In this document: positions 42,205 to 51,200 of the stretch, piece after piece
Position numbering within the stretch: the first letter of the stretch is position 1
Layout of the letters: the number at the start of each line of letters is the position of its first letter
IMG/VR virus record: IMGVR_UViG_3300010885_054390
Location: 1-64,000 of that record
Source: a virus
Length of the DNA stretch: 64,000 nt
Strand: one strand, 5' to 3'
Made by a program: the position numbers and the translations under genes
The notes under the pieces: model-generated
The model's input: only the letters and a program-made list of their open reading frames with translations
What the model was told of the DNA's origin: nothing
The model's database searches: none

Positions 42205-45200
42205 TTCTTCTGCCTGCTTAGCTCTTCATTGTAAGCCTTGCTTACGCCCATAATAATCTCTTTTTGCCTGTCTTTTAGAGCTTTGATTTCGGCGGAGCGA
42301 TCATCGCCACCCTCCTCGGATTGCTTCTGAATAGCTTTGAGTTGTTGCTTAACCTTCTGAAGCTGGCCGCTAGCGCTTCTAACAATCGGATAAACGTTAA
42401 TTTCCGCAGCGTATTTTTCTGACGCTTTTTGCGCTCCTTCGGTATCGCCCCGTCCACCGAGTAGTTTCTGCTCTTCAATGGCAGTGTAGGCAGCCTGTCG
42501 AATTGCCGAAAATCTTTCGTAGTCAGCGTAGCTTGGTTGTTCGCCTACGAACCTGCGGAGGATCGGGATGTCGTTTAACCCAAGGCTCTCATTCGGATTG
42601 AGAATTTTCTCCGGTAGCGAAGCCACACGAAGGATGGTCGATCCAACTGCACCGGTCAGATAGCCCGCAAAGTAGTCCATATATTCTGGCGAGAACGACA
42701 AAGCTCCCTCGCGAACTTCATTGCCGCCGGAGATTTCGTTCATAAACTTTGTTAAGTGTTTAAACGCAGGAGTTACACTGTTGAAGTATTTCTCTGAAGC
42801 CGGCGTGGGTGAGGCGTCGCCGGGGAAGTCGGAGGGCGTGATTGGCCTGCCCGCCCAGTCTTGGTTTAAATAAATATCTGTCAAAGGCTGGAAAACTGTG
42901 GGCGTAAGTGATGATAGTAGGTTTCTAGCCCCGCCGATGGGGTTAAAGCTCTCCATAAGAGTTTCGGCCATTCGAACTGCCGTATTCCCGTTTGTCTTCT
43001 TACCTAGCACCAAGTCGGACAGAATGTTTCCAGTGTGCCAAAAAGTGTTGTACCCGTAAGGCAACGGGAGGGATACGTACCTTCCCTTGGTTCCGGGGAG
43101 CATAATAATGATGTTTGTACGCTTTTTAAACTCGGGAACCTTTGACCAAAAGCTTTCGCCATCCTCATCATCTCCACCCGAAGCCTCGTTAAACATACTG
43201 GCCAACAACCCAGAGGTCACCGCCCCAACTGCTAACTTCCGAACCTTCGGAGAGGTTGCCACCGACTGCACCAGTCTGGCCGAGCCCTGTAGGGAGGCAT
43301 TAAAGAACAAATAGATGCTGTTAAACACCGGCCCAGCCTCGCCCTTCTTCGTAAAGTTTACGGTAGCGTTTCTGGCAATCGCAGCGGCCTGCTGATCGGT
43401 GGCTCCCAATTCTCTTGCGTGATGAAAGACGGCTAAACGAGTGGCATTTTCTACGCCCCCGTTCATTTTTTCAATCCAATTAGATGATGCCTTTAGAAAC
43501 TTTTGAGCTGAGTTGGGGTCTTTCCCGTCCACAATCTTTTGAATGTCTTTTATCTGTGTTTCAATGTCCCCGGTAACCCATCCAATTAGCTTTCCGCCGG
43601 CCTTCAAGAAAGCTCTGTAGCTGTCGCCCCACTCATCTTGAGTAGAGTTGGGGTTAAATTCTTCCGCCAGCGAAGTCCGAAGCGGTTTTAGCGAAAGCAC
43701 TGACTTCACTACCCTACCGGATAAATCTTTATACTGTTCCGCAGATAAGTTGAAGGCTGCGGTCTGTAAGTCTCGGATCGGATTAGTAAAGAAGAACTCC
43801 GGGCTAAGGCCAGTCCGGGTAATTGAAAGCAAACGGTTAAACGTTGCCAAGGCCCCCACTACTTTGCTCGACCAATTCTCGCTATTGATGCCCCCGTTTT
43901 TAAGATTTCGAACAAGATCGGGGTTTTTAATCCGGATAAACTTGGTCTCCCCGTTAATTTTTGTAGCAAAAATATCGTCTTGGTTCATCCAAGTTGGGTC
44001 AATAAAGTCTCTGGCGTATTGGAAGGCCTCTCCTGATTCTGGATCTTTTCTGGTTACTAGCCTCCGAACTGTCTGGGGCTTCGCAATCTCCCATAGATCG
44101 CTGTCGGGGTATGCCTGCACCAACTCATAAAGGGCATTTCCGAGAACGTTCTTTTCCGCTCTGACGATACCCGCTGCGGCACTATTCATTGCATAGGCTA
44201 GAATATTTTCTGCCCTGCTCAGACGACCTAAGGTCGGCTTAACTTCTTCACCACGGATATTAAATCCTTTTCCAGTGGCTTGCCCGCTAGTAGCGATTTC
44301 TTCCGCCGTGGCTCCGGGGATTCCCTTTAGCGGAACATAATCTTTATACCTGTCGGTAAGAGCCTCGAATAAGGGTCGGGAGATCAATCCTTCGTCTAAA
44401 CGTTGTCGGAGGGCCCCGTCAATCATTTGCCGGATCATCTGGCGGGACTCCTCAAGCTGAGTGGCTCTATCGTCAGCCTTGTACTTGGCGATCAAATCGT
44501 CTGCCTCTGCGTCGGTCATTCCCGAGCCTCTTTCGTGAAGTTGTTCTATGTATTCTTTGTTCTTCTTGGCCTTGTTGTATTTGGCGAGCTCTTCTGGTGT
44601 TGCGTCCTCTCCGGGGAAATAGGGCTCTGGGGGCATGGGATTGATAAGTCGGATACGTGCGTTCCGCTCTTTCGCGTGCAGGGCGTACATAAACTCCTCA
44701 ATCTCGGCTGTCGAGATTCCCGAGCTCCTAAGCTTTTGAAGAATGGGCTCGACTATGTTTTCGTTGAAGTCAGTTAGGCGTGCTCCGACCTTTCCGTGGT
44801 AGAGCTCCTCAAGTTGATAGGCGTTTAAACTGTCTGGCAGCGGCTCGCCAATTTGTTTCTCAATGGATTCTTGGATCTTCTTTAAGTCAATAAACCTATC
44901 TTGCCAAAATCTTCTCAGGCCGAGGATTTTGTCTGCATTCGTCACATACTTCCCGAGAAGCTCTCTAGCAAATCTCGGCAAGAAAGGAACTTTGCTTTCG
45001 TCAAAGAACACTTTGTTTTCCGGTTGGTACTTGAATCCACCAATAGGGGCCGCGCCTAAAATGTCGGGCGAAGAAGTGAAGTCCGAGTTCAGTCCATTTG
45101 CGAGCTTTAGCTGGTCTGCATTGAAAACGACAAACCTTGAGTTCTGTGCTTTATCATCCGTATTGGCTTCTCCTAGTTCAATGGAGTCAAAGCCAAAACC

Positions 45201-48200
45201 TTTGAGCACCCCTTGGAAAAATGTATTCGCGAAGGCTGTGGAGTCTGCCAAGTGCGGGTAGCTTTGCTCCTCAATCGCATCGGCTGTAGTTTTAATTCTT
45301 TCGGAAACTTCAGATAGCTTCATTCCAGTTTGATCTGCAATAGCCTTCGAAAGCATTGGGACAATCGCCTCTTTAATGAATACCGAGCCATCAAAGACGT
45401 GCTCTGGAACCGAAGCCATTCGCAACGGATTCTCCGCCCTTACAAAAACAGGCGTTTTCATTCTTGGCTTGCCGTCTTTTTGATAGGCCTGCGCTACGGA
45501 GAATTGAACGTCATCTGCCCTGACCTGATCTCGGCTATATGTCAACGCCCCGCCCGGGGTGCTTAGAGTATTAGGGGCTCTAATATCGGAGGTTGCTACG
45601 TAGTATTGAACTGCGGGGCTTCCGTCTGGTCGAGTCACCTTGCTGTTCCCGAACCAGTCTTTAAATTCTTTGAGCTTTGTAACTAAGTTTAAAACTTCGG
45701 AATCGGGAGTTGCCTTCAAAAAGTAAGGTAGGCGACTCGCAATAAAATCTCTTGACGCTGGGGAAATCGACGGGAAGACCTCATGGGTCAAGACAGCCGT
45801 AAGAGCTGGCACCGAATCTCCTTTAAAAATTGTACGTAGGCGGTCGAAGGTGCCCCTATCTAACCCCTCTTCTTGGAAGTCAGCGACAACTTTCTCCATT
45901 GTATTGTTGAAGGCCTCGGCTGAATTCCTGAACTTCTCAATTTGTTTAAACAGATCGTAGTTCCTGCGGCGGAAGTCGGGGTTGTCCAATAAGCCAACAC
46001 GATAGTTTCCGTTTTCGTCTATTTGGTCGTCAGCCTCTAAATATGATTCTTCGATTCGGCGTACGAAAGAATCAATAAAAGCATTCTTACGGATAGCTTT
46101 TTTATAATCAAAGGCCTTCCCGTTAAGGAAAACCGGTTTCTTTGCGTAGCCAACAACCTTTGCCAACTGCATCTGCTGTTCGTCTGTCGGCTCTTTCGGC
46201 CCAGTAACCTTCAGGCCAGCGTCAGAGACCTCAACCTGAAGCCAGTTTTTCTTAAAGTTAGAAAGGTCTTTCTTGGAGAACAGCTCTGTTTCGGAAATTG
46301 AATCGAAGTTTCCGCCCTCAATTAAAGCTCCCTTTGCGGTCATCAGACCGCTCACCGGGTTCTCTGGGTTAAACGTTGTGGCTCCAATTTCAGTAAGTTC
46401 TATTTCGCTCGGCTCAATTGGAGTAATCCTCGCAGCATGAAGCCTGTCTCCGTAAACAATCTCTTTTGCGTCTTCAAAGGTAGCTCCGTTTGCCGTCTGC
46501 AAGAACCTCACTAAATCCTCCGACGGAACATACTTCGCAACAAAAGATGCTGCGTCTTTCAGGATTTCAGGGGAACCATTAAAGCGATAGGCTTCCGCCA
46601 GCTTTTTGTAGGCATCATCAAACAAGACTCTTTCGGCTGTTCCGTTTTTGGGGACTTGCGGTAGCCTGCCGCTCGCAAATTTATTCGCGTCTAAACGATT
46701 TGCGGCCATGTAGCCTTCGTCCGGACTTAGCTTTGCTGTCTCTACATAGGTAAACTTTCCATTGCTCTCCATCAAAGCCAAATTACCGCCAACTCCGGGC
46801 ATCATAACAAATGCCTCGCCGGCCTTGGTACGCATTAACGGAACCTTGAACATCGAAGCAGTCGCGGCGAGAACTCGATCTTTGTTCTCTGAAGAGGCGT
46901 TAATTGCCCTTAGCAAATTGGTCTGAAAGCTTTCTTTCGTAGAAGCGCTAAAGCTCCCCAATAGGTCGTTCCAAAAATCAAGGACTGCCGTATTATTTTC
47001 AAAGACGCTAAAATCAGATATTACATTTTGAAGAGTCCTATTTTTTTCGTTTACGTCAGTCCAATAGTTTTCACTCTCCATCTTTCTAGCAAAGGACATC
47101 TTCTGGAAACCCTTCATGCGTCGCAATGGGAAATTAAATCCCGCTACCGACCTCAAAAGCTGTTGGGATGGAGATGCGGCCCCAATGGTTGTATCTTGCT
47201 TGGGAGCTTCGACTTCCCAAGGAGCAGGTTCGTTTCTTCGGATCTCCGCTAGTCTCTTCTGTTCGGCTAAATACTTTTCATCGTCTTTCTTTACACCGGA
47301 GTAATTCAATTTCTTTTCCGGGTACATCATCTCCGGAAGAAGCTCAATTTCTTGTGCAGTCATACCCGGAAGTCGCTTGCCAGTAATCGGGTCGTACTCA
47401 GGTGCGCTACGCTTTGCGTAGGTTTTCGCCATAATAACAAGCTCAACTTCGGGTATTCTTTGCCACTTCGTAAATTCTTCCGGAAGAAGAGCTACTTTTT
47501 GCTTTGCGTACGGGGCCGTTCCTTTTTCCGATTTAATATCTGAGTTGAGCAAGGAGTATCTGTGCGGGCCAAAGTTAAACCAACTATTCTGCCCCCTTGT
47601 TTCCGTTGTCAAAGCCCTCTGTGCATTGTCGGAAAACATCTGAGAATGCTTGATCCAAGCATTTTCTTCCCCTCGGGGCCCGAAGCCGTAACCCTCTGCG
47701 GCGTGACCAAATAGGTCGTGAATTGCACGCAGTTTCTCGTTTAAACTTACTCCGTTTTCGTCTCGCTTTCCGAGGTAGGGGTGAGATTCTCCGCCAGTAA
47801 AATAGAACAACCGATTGTTGGAGCGAACATCCTTCCGCATTTCGGAAGAAGTTTCGTAGGGCTGACCTTCTTTTGTCCAAGGCTCAAAACGCATCCCCAT
47901 CTTTTCTGTGGCAAACTTCCATTGCTCTTCAATCTCAGAAGCTAAAGATTCGTAGGCTTTTTTAACTTCTTCGGAAGGATCAAAGTCTGGAAGGTTTTCG
48001 TAGGCTTCCGCAATCTTAGTTGCCTCCTCTTTTCTGACTGGAACCCAAATGTGATCCACCATAATCGGGCCACGGCGGGATGCCTCTTTGGCCTGTCTAA
48101 GTAGTCTGGCGCTGGATTGCGCCTTGCTCCAACCCCTTACGCGCCGATTGGCTTGCGGCGAGGCCGATTCTCCAACTGATCCTCCTCCGATAGCGGCCCG

Positions 48201-51200
48201 ACTGACTCCGAGATGATAAGCCGCGAGCCCTTTGGTGAAATCGTCGGGGATGTCTTGTAGCCGATTCCCAAGTTGCTCAAGAAGTCCGGAGTAATCTTGT
48301 TGCTCGATGACTTGGATTTGTCCGAGCTCACTACGGGCTTCTTTGATGAGACCTTTGTAGGCTTCGAAGAACTTAGTGATTCTGTCTTGAGTTTGTTCAT
48401 TTTGTTGTACTCCTAAGTAGAGGGTATTAGAGGCGGTGTCAATTCCGAACCCGTCTTCGAAGCCAAGCTTTCTAGCGTTGGCCACAAACTTGTTTAAACC
48501 GGATCGGTCTTTAAAGACAATCTCGTGCTCTACATCTGTGGGGTTAGTTACGTTAGTGTCGAAAATATAGACCGCCCTTTGAACTTCGGGGGTAGAAAAC
48601 GGATTGGAGGCAAGCAAGGCCGCAAGGGGCTTGGGATCGCCCTCCGGAAGAGTGAATACAACTGACGGCTCCAATTGTAGCCCAACGTCTGGATTGTCCC
48701 ATCCACCAACAGTATTTGTTGGGTCAGTTATGTTGTAGCCGAAGATCGAAGCAAGTTTCATTAGGTTCTTGCCACGCTTGGCAAACCTAGTTTCCGCCAA
48801 ATTGTCTGCATTCTTCAGGCTCTTAAAGTTCCTATCGCGCATTGCAGCGACGGCGACCTTGGCGGCCCCAAAGATGTCCATCTCTCCGACGACATTCGAG
48901 ATCTGGCCGGGAGTAAGCGGTTTAAACAGCGTTTTGCTTTTTGCGGGCCACCTATCGTGAACTACGCCAAGCTCTAAGGAAATTGCTTTTTGAATCAATA
49001 GATCGATTTGGTCTCTACCGGGCTTGCCCTCCAAGAGAATATTGTTTCCGTCATTCGTCATGCGGAGCCATCCACGGCTAAACATTTCATTGTTCACATT
49101 CTTGCCGAGGCTGTATCCGTATTTCTGCTGAAGGTCTTTATAAATTTCAGGCTCGTTCTCTTGGAGCCACATAATCATTTCGCCGGCGTGACTATCCATA
49201 GAATCCATTCCCTCGTAGCGAATTGCGGAGCTTTCTACTGGAATAATCTCGCCCTTTGGCCCCATCCAATAAGGATCGAAGTCGGGAAGTTTATCAATGG
49301 CTTTTGTGTTTGGCTCAGGGGTGATCTTAGCTGCGCCGAGAACGTCTCCCAAGCGATAGCGCTTCAGGCCAAGTTTCTTTAAAATTCCGGGGCTGGCATT
49401 TGCAAAACGAAGTGTTCCGATTTCTTTTATCATCGAAGGCCGAAGCGTTTCCGACATCCACTTTTCAACTCGTTCCCTAGCCCTTTGCCTTCTTTTCTTT
49501 TCCCCCGAAGAAAGATTCCTAGTTCTGGTAGCATCCTTTTCGGACTCAAAGTACCCTGTGATCTCAATCTTCTGTGAGTAGGGATTAAACTTTGCCTGTA
49601 GGTTTCCACGAAAGACGTTGTCGAAGATTTCTTTTTCGGCTCCCGTAAAAGGAGCTTCCGCAATAATCTTGTTTAGCTTTTGCCCTACGCTTTCTTTGCT
49701 TTCGCGACTAATTTTATCAAGGATCTCCGGCTCAACAGAAAGCACCGCTTGTCCATTTTCATCGAAGGCTGCGTCCGTATACTCCGGAACTTCTTGCGAT
49801 TCGATTGTATCTGGTACCTGCTCCCCCAGCCTATCGCCCCAGTTTGCCGTTACAGCCGTTTTAGCCTGCCCTGTTTCAGGATTTATGCTCGCTACCTTTT
49901 GGCTTTCATCCATTGAGTCAGTAAACGTCGGGGCATTGGGGTCTTCATCTGGGAGTACGGTGGCTTGGTCTTCGACGGAAGCGTCTATTTGAGGGGTTAC
50001 GTCTTCCTCCATTTGGGGGTCGCTCTGCTCGTCAACTTGCTGTTGAATCGGCGTTTCGGTTTTATCTGACGGGCCTTTTTTCAGCTTTTGCTCTAATTCA
50101 GTGCTGATTAAACGCGAAAGTTTGTTCTTGATGGAGCGGAACACGGCTGTTTTTTGTTCCTCCTTACTGCCATTCTCTGGGAAATTTGTCTCTCGGGATG
50201 CGGTCATCAAATAGATAAGAGCTTCGTTTGCAACTTCGGAAGGGGTCTTAATGCCCATTCTCTCTAGCTCAAACTTGAACACCGGATTATTTCGAATGTA
50301 TCCCGCAAAATACTTAACGGTTTCATTCACCATCTCCGGGTCATTAATGAGCGAGTCCAAGATCTTGTCGGCGTTCGGGTTTACATCCTCACCCATCTTG
50401 CTGTTTACGGTTACATCAATAGAATTGAAGTATTGCCCCTGTGCCGCTTCCTGACCTCTCGGCGTCTCTCTTGTAACGGGAGCCGCGCCTAATGTCTCTT
50501 CATCCTCTGGAATAGACAAGGTTGGCTCGTCGGGCATTTGAGCTTTTTGTTCTTGAGGCTTTGATTTACCAACAAAAGCCTCGAAGGATGGAATAGGTAC
50601 TTCGTCACCTTCTTTTGCCTTCACAATACTGTCACGAATCATCTGCCGGTACTCTGTTAGCTTCTGCGAGGCCTGCACCGGATCGCCAAGTATCTTTTTT
50701 GCAACTAAATTGCGGATTGTAGTCTCTCGTTTTTGAAGAGTTGCTGAGTCTTTCTTGCGGTCTTTCCCATCCCGACGCCTACCAGAATCATAGGCATCCG
50801 CGCTATTTTGATCTGGGAATACCAACCTAACGCTCCCGTACTTTCCGCGAGCCTGAAAGCGTTTAAGCGAAGAAGGGTTTACCTTTGCCGGAGTTTCTTT
50901 TTTTGCTGGCTTTGGAACTGGTGTCGCTTTTGCCTTCGGAGCTGGCGCCTTAATCTTTTCGGCTTCTATTTCTTTCCGAATGTTGTCCCTAACAACGTTT
51001 AAAGCATCGAGCTGACGGTATCTGTCTTGCTCCAATTCCACTTCGTCAGGAACTGGGGACGCTTCAATCTCGGCAATCTTGTTTGAGGTTTCGTCAAACT
51101 TTGCTTGAAGCGTTGCAAGCCTTGAGGGCTGTTGCGGCTCTAATGTAGCAGGGACAGCTTCTGAACCTTGCGTAGAAGCGTCTGGTTGAAGGGTCTCGAG

